Positions 1 to 10,136 of a stretch of 64,000 nucleotides of DNA are shown piece by piece. A model generated the notes under the pieces. The model searched no databases, was not told the origin of the DNA, and saw nothing but the letters and a program-made list of their open reading frames with translations. Where the stretch lies: the NCBI GenBank assembly GCA_965243135.1, contig OZ251539.1, positions 1,376,001-1,440,000 on the forward strand, written 5' to 3'. The stretch's first letter is position 1. Each line of letters starts with the position of its first letter. Source of the DNA: Alphaproteobacteria bacterium (GTDB taxonomy: Bacteria > Pseudomonadota > Alphaproteobacteria > MPNO01 > UBA830). A program made the position numbers and the translations under genes.

Positions 1-596
1 ACTGTTTCCGCCTCGCGGATGCTTTCCATGGCTTCCTGCTCCTTTTCCTTCCAGAGACTGCCCGTCGTCTCCAACAGACGCTTCAGGTGACTCGACGACG
101 GGTTCATGCCCCCCAACTCCCCGAAGAGTTGGGCCGTTTCCTGCGGCGTGCAGTGCTCCAGAAGCAGGAGAGAAGCGGCCGGGTTCAGCCGTCAACCAGG
201 CCCAGGTCGTTGTCGACCGGCGAGAACGACCCGTTTTCCGAGCGCGTTCGAAAATACCGGACCGGACCGAACAGCGTGTGGACGGTCTTCTGCGTCCGCG
301 CAGCCCGGTAGAAGACCTTGTCGTCCTTGCGAATCGGGCCTCCCCTTTCGTCCCGGTCCTCGTTGCAAATCACCGTCCGGCACAGCGCAGCGACCCGCTT
401 ACCCAAGCTCGAAATCGGCGAACGCCTCGGGACCCTCCCCCTCGGACCCTTCCTTGAGGAAGGCCGCGAATTCCCCGAACGCCTTGGCGGTCGCGGCCCC
501 TTTCTCGACGATGGACGCGAAGGATCGCACCGCCCCGGCGGCCACCGGGGAGAGGCTGGAAAGGGACAAACCGCTCGAAGATTGCGAAACTGACAT
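1..596 (-). pseudogene. Degenerate transposase N-terminal part, ISKra4/ISLre2-like
   Basis: Fragments MSVSQSSSGLSL... and ...KTVHTLFGPVRYFR... separated by stops/frameshifts; leader and start are homologous to 15975-16150. Confidence 0.55.
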
Positions 597-720
597 GGGA
601 ATGCTCCTGATGTTGTGGGTTAGAGCCAACATTCTGCCGCATTTTGCGGTCTGGAGCATTCCTTTTTTTCGTCTTCCGGCCCCCTGATCGTGACAAAATC
701 CGCGCCCGGAACGGCGTTTT

Positions 721-961
721 GCTGTGTAACTACCCCGAACTGCCGGCCACACAAAACCGTTCCGCGAATCGAAGATTTTTTCGCGGCGGCACTGGCCGTT
801 CGAGAATTCGGGAGCGTGACGCTGAGGGCAGCCCCGTATAGCCCTGTTTTCGCGCCGCGCCGCCCGAACCCGGAACGGTTATGTCGGCGCATGATAGCGG
901 CGCGACGCCAGCAAAACCACCAGTTACATGCTACGGGGCGAGCAGGCGCCGATCATGAGCG
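721..961. repeat. Dispersed non-coding repeat A (~240 bp), copy 1
   Basis: Close reverse-complement match to 23843-24077; partial copies at 13211-13323 and 16431-16530. Confidence 0.85.
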
Positions 962-1027
962 TTTGTCACGAAATCGCCGATTTCGTCCTTGAAGCGTCGC
1001 GGTTAGTGCTCGAATAATTGTTGAAAA

Positions 1028-1336
1028 TCAACAGGTTGTTTCCCGTTTGGCAATATCAGACCTGCACCCGTTGAGGGAAGAGAATGGCTGGCAAGGCGTG
1101 CAAGCGGAGTACAATGTCGCATCCGTCGATTTTATTCCTAATTCGGACCGAAATCTGTCGATGTCTATTTCAGTAATGTCTCTAGCAAAAAAACGGCTCG
1201 GCGCGTTGTTATGCTCATAGGTTTTTTGGAGCTTACGATCATTGTCCACGCCCGCAACGACCGAGATACCTGCGTCCAACAAACCCCGCGTCAAGCCGCC
1301 GGCGCCGCAGCAAAAATCGATAGCTTTAATTGACAT
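1028..1336 (-). pseudogene. Truncated DNA cytosine-5 methyltransferase
   Basis: Motif I (IDFCCGAGG) and catalytic motif IV (TPCQPFS) present; ORF stops at 102 aa. Confidence 0.85.
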
Positions 1337-2454
1337 TCGCTTTTCGCTTTTCCTTTGGCGTAGTTCGTCTTGGTGAAAGGAGTGCCCGGCACGCCCTGTC
1401 TTTTGCAGGCTCTCGAGGGCGTCGCTGCGGGACTAGAGTGCCGTCGCATCGCCGAGCCTGTTCGGACAGATCTATTATGTGCCATGGGCAATCGGGCGGC
1501 AAGGGCGGCTTGGTGAATATCGGCAAGGCGGTCCAACCGTTCGGTCAGAGGATTGTTCGCCTGTCCGCACCTGATGATCAGCCGCATCCTGAGCGGGTCG
1601 CATAGCTGCAGGACGCAATTCCACTGCTGCTGGCGGCGGCGAGCGCGGCATAGGCTTTGTCTGACAGGATCCCGGGAGGCGCTCGGTCGCGCGCCTTCCG
1701 TCTCTCCGCATGTTCGGGTGCCGGCCGCCGTTAGCGACCGCAGCACGAACGAATCGGAAGAGTTCACGCTTCGAGACAGGTCCGGTCGCGGAGGGGGTGT
1801 GTGCGGCTGCGTCCTGCGGCAGGCCCTTCGCGACGACATACTGCTTGTCGGGGCCGGGCGTCACGAGCCGTTCCCTGACGGTCGATGCCGTCTCCCACGC
1901 CTGTGACGACGCCCTGCTTTCTTGAACGGCTGGAGCGACTGAACGCCGCCTGGAGGGAGCGTGGCCCGCGTCCACGCCGGCGGCATCATGTATTGCCACT
2001 CGGAGCTCGTCGGATCCGTGCCGAGCTGGACGACAATGCGGGACAGCGGCTCGACCGGGCGCTGGAACATCTGGTGGCGGGACGGGTGGCGCATCGGCGA
2101 GCACATCGCGGCCGTCGCCAGGAACGACGGGCGGCGCACGGAACTCTTCGAGGATTGGGAATGCGGCAGCAACGTCGACGAGGGACATTCCTTCCTATGC
2201 CGCTTGGTGGGTGGATCGGCCGCTCGCCGCCGGGCGTGCCATTCTCGAGGACCGGAACGGCCTCGCAAGCGACGACCTCGTTTCTTGGACGGGCGGTGGA
2301 ATCGAAAAGGCTTACGAACGCGACGATGCGGTCAGGAATCCGCTATGGCCGGACGAACCCGACTCCTTGCGGCCCGAGGTGCCGAGTGCGGAACCCGGGA
2401 GGGTGATCGTTGCGGATCCTGCTGACCTCGCGCACAGCGATGTTCTTCGGTGGA

Positions 2455-2780
2455 CAGAAGATGCCCGGCGTGGGGGTGACCGTGCCGGTGGCGATGTCGT
2501 CGCTGCCGGAGTGGGCGGCGACCGGCACCCGCACGGCCAGCGTTTCCACGGCGGCGAAGTCGCCCGTGAGGGCCGGCGTGAGGGTGGCCACGTTGGTGCC
2601 CGTGACGCCGACCTGCAAGACGGAGATGCTCGGGATGTCGGTGATCAGCGCGAAGCTCGACGCGGTGGCGTCGCTGGCGAAGGTGGCGTTGGCAAGCGCC
2701 ACGGTGACGGTGGCGGTGTGCAGGTTCGCCTCGGTCAGGTTCGCCGGGTTGGTGGAGGTGACGCTGACGCCGACCTGTGT
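2455..2780 (-). pseudogene. Fragment of a Thr/Val/Ala-rich beta-strand repeat, probably from a surface protein
   Basis: VSVTSTNPANLTEANLHTATVTVALANATF...ATGTVTPTPG; GC3-rich codons; no clear start. Confidence 0.4.
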
Positions 2781-2847
2781 GCAAGGGCCGTTGACTGGCT
2801 GCGCCGCTTCTGCTGCCCGCTTTGCTCCGAAGGGAGCCTCCGGCGCG

Positions 2848-3099
2848 CTATCTTGCCCGTACCGTATGACCGCCCGGGGGTGCGCCGGTCCGCCGGTCCG
2901 CCGTCCGTTCGGGCAGCGCCCCCTCCTCGTCGCGAATGACTTCCAGCCACTCGTCCACGATCCCGCACAGTTCCCGGTACACCGCCACTTCGTCGTCGCC
3001 GTGACAGCACGGGCCGATGACCCCAGGGCAGGAACCGACGAAACACCGATCCTCGTCCGACCACTCGACCCGCTTGACGTATCTTGCGCTGTCCTTCAT
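2848..3099 (-). CDS. hicB: HicB-family antitoxin
   Basis: MKDSARYVKRVEWSDEDRCFVGSCPGVIGPCCHGDDEVAVYRELCGIVDEW, typical short HicB. Confidence 0.8.
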   Translation of the reverse strand: MKDSARYVKRVEWSDEDRCFVGSCPGVIGPCCHGDDEVAVYRELCGIVDEWLEVIRDEEGALPERTADRRTGAPPGGHTVRAR

Positions 3100-3281
3100 T
3101 CCTGCCACTCCCTTCCGCCGCACCTCTCGTTCAGGGCTTGGCATCGTCACCCGGGGTTCCGGAGATCGTCACGCGCAGCCCCTTCGGGTGCCGGTAATTC
3201 CTACTGGCTGCCCCCGCCGCCGCGCGACACGAGCCCCGCCCGCTCCAAGTCTTTCACCAACGCTGCGATTTTACGCGGCAT
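3097..3281 (-). pseudogene. hicA: HicA toxin, frameshifted
   Basis: MPRKIAALVKDLERAGLVSRGGGGS, then in shifted frames RNYRHPKGLRVTISG and GDDAKP; directly upstream of hicB. Confidence 0.75.
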
Positions 3282-3289
3282 GGCGGCGC

Positions 3290-3410
3290 CGGACAGTGGA
3301 AAATGTCGTAGTTGCCGACGGCGCGGCGCAAGTCCGCCCGCCGCGGCCGGCCGGTGTCGGCCTCCGCAGGTCGGCGGCTATCTGCAAGAGGTGCTCCGGC
3401 GCCGCGCTGC
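3290..3410 (-). pseudogene. HEPN-like protein N-terminal remnant
   Basis: PEHLLQIAADL / EADTGRPRRADLRRAV...IFH resembles the HEPN-type RPRQADLRRAVSTAYYALFH motif. Confidence 0.6.
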
Positions 3411-3414
3411 TCCG

Positions 3415-3695
3415 GCTCGTTCCCGACCTCCGATTTGGCGGTGAACGAGACCACGGGAGACGCTGTCCGCATCCTTGAGTTCGGTGGACAAGCGAACCAT
3501 CAGCTTGAGCAGCGCCGGGGAGCCGGGAAGGCCCTCGGCGTCGTTTCCGTCGTCATAGGTGAGGCGTATCAAGAGGAGATCGTCGCCGTCGCCGTTCACT
3601 TCCGGGTCCACGGAAAGCACCGTGAGCGGGGCGGACTGCCGGTGCAGGAAGCCTTCCACGGTGTTGCGCGCCCGTTCCAGAATCTGCTGTTTCAT
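3415..3695 (-). pseudogene. Small hypothetical protein (putative HEPN partner), frameshifted near C-terminus
   Basis: MKQQILERAR...DGDDLLLIRLTYDD...; continues in another frame as PVVSFTAKSE. Confidence 0.5.
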
Positions 3696-3779
3696 CGCCC
3701 GCTACCTGTCTGGCAGTGTGGAAAACGGGGGTTACGCTACCAGCGGCGTAAGCTGCCCGCTCCCGCGCTCCCGCCGAAA

Positions 3780-4030
3780 TGTCCAGTTTCCCTTGGAAGA
3801 AGCCGTACTCCGGGCGCATGGCGGAACCGAAGCGTGGCGGCGACGATGCCGGCGCCCTGAATCCGGAAGGTGCGCTCGCCGCGGGAATGACGGGTGCCAG
3901 CCGCGCATTTCTGAAACTATGGCTTCGGCTTGCCGAGTCTCGAAGCCGTTTCGAGCAGGTTGAAGGCGGTAGTGACCATGGCGTATTCCACGAAGATACC
4001 ATAAGATGGCTTCCATCAAGTCATGCGGGT
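3780..4030 (-). pseudogene. IS5-family transposase remnant
   Basis: Pieces EAILWYLR / TPWSLPPSTCSKRLRD / RLAPVIP resemble IS5 motifs. Confidence 0.4.
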
Positions 4031-4365
4031 TCGCGGCAAAAGTCCTCCGGGTGCCGGTGGGGTTGCGCTGAATGCCTCGGACGGCGACCCGGTGGATCCC
4101 GCCGCGGGCGGCGGCGCAGAACGCTGCGGCTTTCTCCGCGGACACGCCGCAGAAATCGCGGATCGGTGCGTCCGGGCGGAACCGTTTCGCCTTCTCAACA
4201 GGATGGAGATCTGCTTGCGGTTCGTCGCCAAGGAGGAAGGCAACGGTGCAGGTTCGAGCAGGCGTTGTGCGCCGGCCAGCCGTTCTGGACCCACCCATAT
4301 TGACGGTGTTCATGGCGTCCCGTATTCTATATTCGTCCAGTGAAAATTCGAATGAAGACCGACGC

Positions 4366-5526
4366 ATGCGCCTTACTCGCCTCACGCTCAAGAATTGGCG
4401 CAATTTCAAAAAGGCCGATTTCAAGATCCAGGATCGTATGCTGATAATCGGTTCCAATGCTTCCGGCAAGTCGAATCTGCTCGATGCGCTCCTGTTCCTG
4501 AAACAAATTGCCTCTCCAGGAGGGGGATTCCAGAAAGCTGTCGAGAGCCGCGGAGGCATGTCGCGCGTTCGTTGTTTGGCGGCCAGAAGCTTCAATCACG
4601 GATGGGTGACAATGGCGATTGAAATTGGCGACGACAAATGCTCCAGTCGTTGGTCTTACGACTTGACGTTCACCGCAGAACGTCGGGGACTTCATCGACC
4701 AATCGTCAAAAGCGAGATCGTAAGGAAGAACGGCGAGGTGTTGCTCGAAAGGCCTACGGAAGAGGACGACAAAGATCCTGAACAAATGACTCAAACGGAT
4801 CTGGAGCAGGTGAAGGCCAACAAAGAGTTCCGAAATATCGTTGAATTTCTGAAGTCGATCCGCTATCTTCATCTTGTTCCGCACATTATTCGGGACCCGG
4901 AACGTAGCGGAGACCGGAATGACGATCCATACGGCGCGGACTTTTTGCTTAGAATCGCCAAGACTCCACAGAAAACTCGCAACCGTCATCTAAAAAAAAT
5001 TAACGAAGCTCTTAAAGCCGCCGTGCCGCAACTTGATCGCCTTGAACTCAAGCGGGACAAAATGGGAAGCTGGCATCTGGAAGCGCGCTACCAGCATTGG
5101 CGTCCGCAAGGCGCGTTGCAGAATGAACGGGATTTTTCGGACGGCACGCTCCGTTTGATCGGTCTGTTGTGGTCCCTGATAGAAGAAGGACGAGTCGGAG
5201 GGCCAGTGCTTCTGGAGGAGCCTGAGTTAACGCTGCACTCGTCCGTGGTATGCCAGATCCCTGCTATCCTCAGCCGGGTTCGCGCTAATGGCGGTCCCCA
5301 AGTGGTAGTTACCACGCATTCTAACGAAATATTGCACGATCAAGGCCTCGGAAAAGATGAAGTTGTCGTACTCATTCCGGGCGCGGACGGTACGGAAACT
5401 CAAGAAGCCGCGGGGATCCCGGATATTCAAGATCTTCTGGATTCAGGTTTGAGCATGGCAGAAATCCTCTTGCCGAAAACCCAGCCCGAAATGGTTCATG
5501 AATTGCCCCAAAGAATTACTCAATAG
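4366..5526 (+). CDS. ABC/AAA_21-type ATPase (defence-associated)
   Basis: LKNWRNF, Walker A GSNASGKS, signature FSDGT, Walker B LLEEPE, H-loop TTHS. Confidence 0.9.
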   Translation: MRLTRLTLKNWRNFKKADFKIQDRMLIIGSNASGKSNLLDALLFLKQIASPGGGFQKAVESRGGMSRVRCLAARSFNHGWVTMAIEIGDDKCSSRWSYDLTFTAERRGLHRPIVKSEIVRKNGEVLLERPTEEDDKDPEQMTQTDLEQVKANKEFRNIVEFLKSIRYLHLVPHIIRDPERSGDRNDDPYGADFLLRIAKTPQKTRNRHLKKINEALKAAVPQLDRLELKRDKMGSWHLEARYQHWRPQGALQNERDFSDGTLRLIGLLWSLIEEGRVGGPVLLEEPELTLHSSVVCQIPAILSRVRANGGPQVVVTTHSNEILHDQGLGKDEVVVLIPGADGTETQEAAGIPDIQDLLDSGLSMAEILLPKTQPEMVHELPQRITQ

Positions 5527-6119
5527 ATGACCCTTGTCAACTTGGTCGGCGAAGGCATTACGGATATTTCTGCGGCGATGAGCTTGGCAAAAATTGTTGC
5601 AACTGAAACGCGGCGCGGCAAGCTCCGTCGGAAGCAAATCCAAGATAGACGCCAAATTGCAAGAATTCAACCGTACAGGCGGACGCTTGAACTGGTTGAT
5701 TTTGCGAGATCTCGACTACGACGAGAAGCGCGCATCCCGGTTAATAAAGAGACTGATGGAAAATCGTTCGCCCGAGCATACGGATTCCTGTCAGAGCGAT
5801 GGAGAGTTGGCTGCTCGCGGATGTTGATGGCTTCGTCGAGGAGTTCTATGTGGATCGACGTCGTTTGCCAAAATATCCTGACGAATTGGATGATCCGAAA
5901 CAACGGGTTGTCGAAATCTGCAAATGGTCAAACCAGTCGAAGATTCGAAAGGCTATGGTGCCCCGGAACGGAAGCGGAAGAAAAGTTGGTCCAGAATTCG
6001 ATAACAGAATGTCTACTTTCGCAACAAACCAGTGGGATCCGCAACGGGCGGCGCAGCGGCCGCCAAGCCTTCAACGAACCCTCGCTGCGTTGAGAAAACT
6101 GGTCAAGGTTTGGACATAG
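5527..6119 (+). pseudogene. DUF4276-like TOPRIM-fold protein with two frameshifts
   Basis: VGEGITD, LRDLD and MESWLLAD...DDPK motifs spread over three frames; begins immediately after the ATPase stop. Confidence 0.75.
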
Positions 6120-6420
6120 TTCGTCTTTATATTTTCCGCTGGAACGAACTAATCGCCAAGAGACGAGAGGCCTCCAAGGGGCCAGTCGCTCCAGATGCGA
6201 ATTTGAAAACTTTATTGGTGCGCCGTGTAAAGGCGCTTTCTATGGTGGGCGCGAAGCTCACCCAACAACTGTGGTTCCAGTTGGTGGCGGTCAGGGCGGT
6301 TTACATAGGCGTAGGTTGAAGCGCTCTGGCGGAAGGGCGGCAAGAGCGCTCATCGAACCCGCTCTACCCCGATCAGGTCGGGGCGCCCGACGGCCAGCGC
6401 CAGCACGCCGTCGCCCCGCG

Positions 6421-6660
6421 TCATGATCGTTCGTGTCCTTGTAACCCAACGAAAGGCCGAACAGCCGCTGCGCAACCAGTTGCTTCACTGGGTGCGTTCC
6501 TGACATCTGAGGTCGCCCGCGGCGTCAGGCCGAGCAGCAGGTCGGCCTGACGCAACGGCAGTGCGCCGCCATCGGTACCGAAGCGGCCGCCTTCGAAATA
6601 GCCGACCACCTTTTCGAAGCCTTGAAACTCGAGCCGCGACGGTTTACAGTCCGTGGGATT
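6421..6660 (-). pseudogene. IS1380-family transposase N-terminal remnant
   Basis: FEGGRFGTDGGALPLRQAD and QRLFGLSLGYKDTNDHD. Confidence 0.75.
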
Positions 6661-6843
6661 CTCTTCCGCAGGTTGTGTAGATGCTTGCTTCTTCCACATT
6701 TACTGCGAAGCGGAGGCAACCGGTAGAGGAAAGCGCCTTTCCACGGCGCACTGAGATGGCCATGGTTTTCTCCAGGAGGCGAGAGCCATGAGGCTTCGCC
6801 GCCTCGTCGAGGCAGCCGCCGAAGCGCGGACAGGGAATCGCGG

Positions 6844-7132
6844 ATGCGCTACGAGTGCAATGAAAAGCACAAGCAACCTTGGCAACGGGGACGGCGCGGT
6901 TCGCTTTGTCCGAGGACCATGGACCCGGCGGCGGCTCAGGAATCGGACAGTGAACCGGTGGGCGACAAGCGCTATGCGGTCCATGAAGGCAGGGCGTATT
7001 GTGCGCAGGAGCGCGGCGCAGATGCTTGGCACGGCTGTCGGCTGGGCGGAGGTGCACGAAAGCCTGCGTCGTCGATGGCTGGCGGAAGGGCGCCTGCGGA
7101 GACGAGACATGAAGAAGCACTGGAATGATTAG
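6844..7132 (+). pseudogene. Small hypothetical protein (putative toxin), frameshifted
   Basis: MRYECNEKHKQPWQRGRRGSLCP...AYCAQE...AWHG joins the other-frame VGWAEVHESLRRRWLAEGRLRRRDMKKHWND; ends 6 nt before the next ATG. Confidence 0.6.
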
Positions 7133-7138
7133 CTTGCC

Positions 7139-8719
7139 ATGACGACTCGGTGGGAAAGGCTCGATGGCGACACGAGCGTGTTCGCGCTGAAGCTGTCATT
7201 CGCCTCCGATCCGGACGAAGGGCGGGGCATCGACCCCGAGACCGGCCTTTCTTGGGGGAGCTTCCAAATCTGGGTTCGGGACAGGAACCTGTGCGCCCAC
7301 TGGGAGGAAGGCGAGCGCATCGACTCGGTTCACTGGTATCTGCTGCCGCTGCTGGAGTGGTTTGCCCGCAACTGGGATGCCCTGCTTCACGAAGAGCGCC
7401 TGTCGGCGAAGAATGCGGGCGAGACCGCCTGGGAGTCGCTGCGGGCGACTTGTTTCCCGCCATCGGCCGACGACGAGGATAAGGCTTCCGCCTGGGAGGG
7501 CGCTTGGCATGGCTGGTGGTCCCGGCACGCCCTCCAGGCTGCAAGGGAAGGCGGATTGTTTCCCGACATCGTGCTCCGGCGCTTGCGGGACCGGGTAGAA
7601 GTCTCTTGGGGTTCCGTTCGCAGCGCGGGGATGCCGGGCCATTACCGATTCATGGAGTCGGACCGAGGCTCCGCTCTGCTGGAGCCGCAAGCGGTGGCTG
7701 GAGCGTTGCACGAGGTCCTGTCGCAGGCTGCGAGCTATCTGTCGTCGTCGATGCCGAATTCGAAGCGTATCGTGGCTTTGAACCGGAAGCTGCGAAATCT
7801 GAATGCGGGCGGAAAGGCCCGGAACGAAGCTCGCGAGCGACGGCTGGCATGGCTCGCCGGGCTGGGGACGACCAAGCACGGCATGCGGGCTGGGTGGCGC
7901 CGGGCGGTGGAAGGCCTGTTGCGTTCGGATCTGGCGGAGCGGCCGCGCCAGGCTCTGCTGGAAGCCGCGGAGACGCCGCTTGTCGTCACCGGTTCTTGCC
8001 ATGCCGCGCTTATGTTCGGTTCCCTCGCCCCCAACGTGACGGAGGCGGATGTCCAGGAGCTCGTTCGGGCGACGGTCGGCCTCTACGCCCCGGAGGGCGA
8101 GGCCGGGGCGATGAGCGGGATGTACCGCGCCGCGCCCATTGAGGACTCCGCCTCCCGCCCATGGAACCAGGGATACGAATTGGCGGAAAAGGTCCACGAG
8201 GATCTCGGTGGTGACTTCGAGAAGGGCGCTCTCGTCGATGTGAAAAGGCTGGTCGAGGCACTCGGCGTTCGCATCGAGCTACTGGACCTGTCGGACACGC
8301 ATGTGCGGGGTGTCTCCATCGCCGGCCCGCAGCACAGGCCTGGAATCTTCGTCAACGGGCGCCATGCCTCCAATGCCCATGAGGCCGGCCGCCGCTTCAC
8401 GCTTGCGCACGAGCTTTGCCACCTGTTGTTTGACCGGGAACAAGGGCGGCCGCTGGCCGTCGCCAGTGGACCCTGGGCGCCACGCGCCATCGAGCAACGC
8501 GCCAACGCTTTCGCAGCGATGCTGCTGATGCCTACGTCCCTGGTGAAGCGGACACTGGCGAGGTTGACGGTTGCGGTCGCCACGAAGGAAGGCGTGGACG
8601 AAGTGGCGGAACGCTTGGGCACCGGCCGCCTTGCCGTGCTCAATCACTTGGTGAATTTGGGCTTCATGGACGAGACGGACCAGCGACGACTGGAAGTCCA
8701 GTTGTCGTCCCTCGCGTGA
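7139..8719 (+). CDS. ImmA/IrrE-family zinc metallopeptidase with long N-terminal domain
   Basis: RRFTLAHELCH (HExxH) and EQRANAFAAMLLMP in the C-terminal third; 526 aa. Confidence 0.9.
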   Translation: MTTRWERLDGDTSVFALKLSFASDPDEGRGIDPETGLSWGSFQIWVRDRNLCAHWEEGERIDSVHWYLLPLLEWFARNWDALLHEERLSAKNAGETAWESLRATCFPPSADDEDKASAWEGAWHGWWSRHALQAAREGGLFPDIVLRRLRDRVEVSWGSVRSAGMPGHYRFMESDRGSALLEPQAVAGALHEVLSQAASYLSSSMPNSKRIVALNRKLRNLNAGGKARNEARERRLAWLAGLGTTKHGMRAGWRRAVEGLLRSDLAERPRQALLEAAETPLVVTGSCHAALMFGSLAPNVTEADVQELVRATVGLYAPEGEAGAMSGMYRAAPIEDSASRPWNQGYELAEKVHEDLGGDFEKGALVDVKRLVEALGVRIELLDLSDTHVRGVSIAGPQHRPGIFVNGRHASNAHEAGRRFTLAHELCHLLFDREQGRPLAVASGPWAPRAIEQRANAFAAMLLMPTSLVKRTLARLTVAVATKEGVDEVAERLGTGRLAVLNHLVNLGFMDETDQRRLEVQLSSLA

Positions 8720-8789
8720 GGTGCGCCCGGCGATGGCGAAGAGCCGGGCCTTGGTACAGGGTCGTCCGTCTGAAGGAGGGGACAGCGAC

Positions 8790-9342
8790 GCGCGCCCTCG
8801 AAGTCGCCGTTGCGCAAGGCGTCGGCAGACCTCCCGCGACAGCGTCCGGCGGTGGCCCCTCGCGGCGCGAATCATCCCGTCCCTGGAGAAATCGCGCCCG
8901 CAGTAGCGGCAAGGGTTGCCGCTCCATGGGGGAAAGGCCAGAAACGGAGACGCTCCTCGTCGGCGCCCCACGGCAGCCAGACAGCCGGGTCTTCAGGCGG
9001 CGGACGCCGGGCGCAGGCATTCAGCCATGGCGAGGCCATCGCGCCGAGGATAGAGCATGCCTGCCAACCGCGCTCCGTCTACGCTTTGCGGCGAGAGTTC
9101 CGGCTGAGGCCGCGCAAGCCGCGTTCGGCGGGGTTGTTGTCCACGGCCGCGTTGTCGACGAACACTGTCAGGCTGTCGCGGTGGCGCAGCAGGGAGTCCA
9201 GGCGTCTGCGTTGCGGTTTGCTTTCGGGAAGTTCGTTTCGCGCCTTCTTCGCTGTCGCGAAGAACGCTCGGGCGAACTTTGCGAACTGCTGTTGGGCGGC
9301 AGCGTTGCTCGGGCACGCCAGACGCCTGGCGTTGAGACGGTC
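8790..9342 (-). mobile_element. Internal fragment of the IS66/DUF4338 element
   Basis: Homologous to ~14040-14622 (DNNPAERGLRG; PCRYCGRDFS). Confidence 0.85.
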
Positions 9343-9489
9343 CCTTAATCAATTCCGAAGCGCGGCGGTCGGCAATCTCTCTCGCGAGGCAGTATGGGCT
9401 TCGCGGCGAGTTAAGCGTCTCACTTCCCTCGTCCCCCCGAAGGCCGCTGCGCGACGCTCTTCGCAGTCGCAGCGCGTTACCGGGATCTC

Positions 9490-9880
9490 CAAGCCGCCCA
9501 CGCCTTCCCGCGACGTTTCAGGCGCTTATCGGCCGGGTGCTGCGCGAGCAACGAACGCCGCCTCCGCGCCGCGCCTTTCCGGCGCCGGCAGAGCAAAGAC
9601 CCCGGCGAGCGCGGCAAGCGCGACCCACCAAAGTCCGTCTCGCGGTCAGAGACCCCCGAGCAAGATCCCTGCGCCCAGGGAATGGCCGCCGAGCGGCAGC
9701 CCGAGCGTGAGGCCCTTGACAGGTAATGCGCCGCGGCGATGTTGGCGATCACCGGGAAGACGGCGAAGTTGAGAACGCCGAAGAGGGCCGCGAAGACAAA
9801 CAGCACGGAGATGTCGGCTACGACGAACGGCAGCAAGACGAAGGCCACGGCGCGGCAGAAGAATATGCTCGCCAGCGGGC
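9490..9880 (-). pseudogene. MFS transporter C-terminal remnant
   Basis: Hydrophobic helices LASIFFCRAVAFVLLPF...FAALFGVLNFAVFPVIANIAA; GLTLGLPLGGHSLGA in another frame. Confidence 0.6.
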
Positions 9881-9894
9881 GCGGGCGATGGAAC

Positions 9895-10136
9895 GGAAAA
9901 CCGAGAATTTTCCGCGTCGAGAACGTCGTTTTCGCACACCCCAAGCCGCTCCGAGACCGCAGACGATCGCCCGCGTTCGGACCCCCCAAGTTTGCCGCGC
10001 GGCATCAGGGCGACCGGATATTCCGTTTTCATTTCGCATTCGCCAGCCTGTGCAACCCTTGGGGCCGGCCGACGGCCGGCCGGGCGGTCCGCGGGAGCGC
10101 CGAGCTAACGACAAAAAAATAACGCAAACGCCCTCA
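9895..10136 (+). repeat. Dispersed non-coding repeat B, copy 1
   Basis: Shares gaccgca.acgatcgccc, caggg..accggatattccg and gacaaaaaat...gcaaacgcc with 23563-23819 and, more loosely, 42815-43020 (rc). Confidence 0.75.

Noticed and set aside
1340-2300. Possible gene(s), e.g. 1475-2188 (-) with an AGGAAGGA ribosome site
   Set aside because: No recognisable motif in any frame; likely decayed, cannot assign
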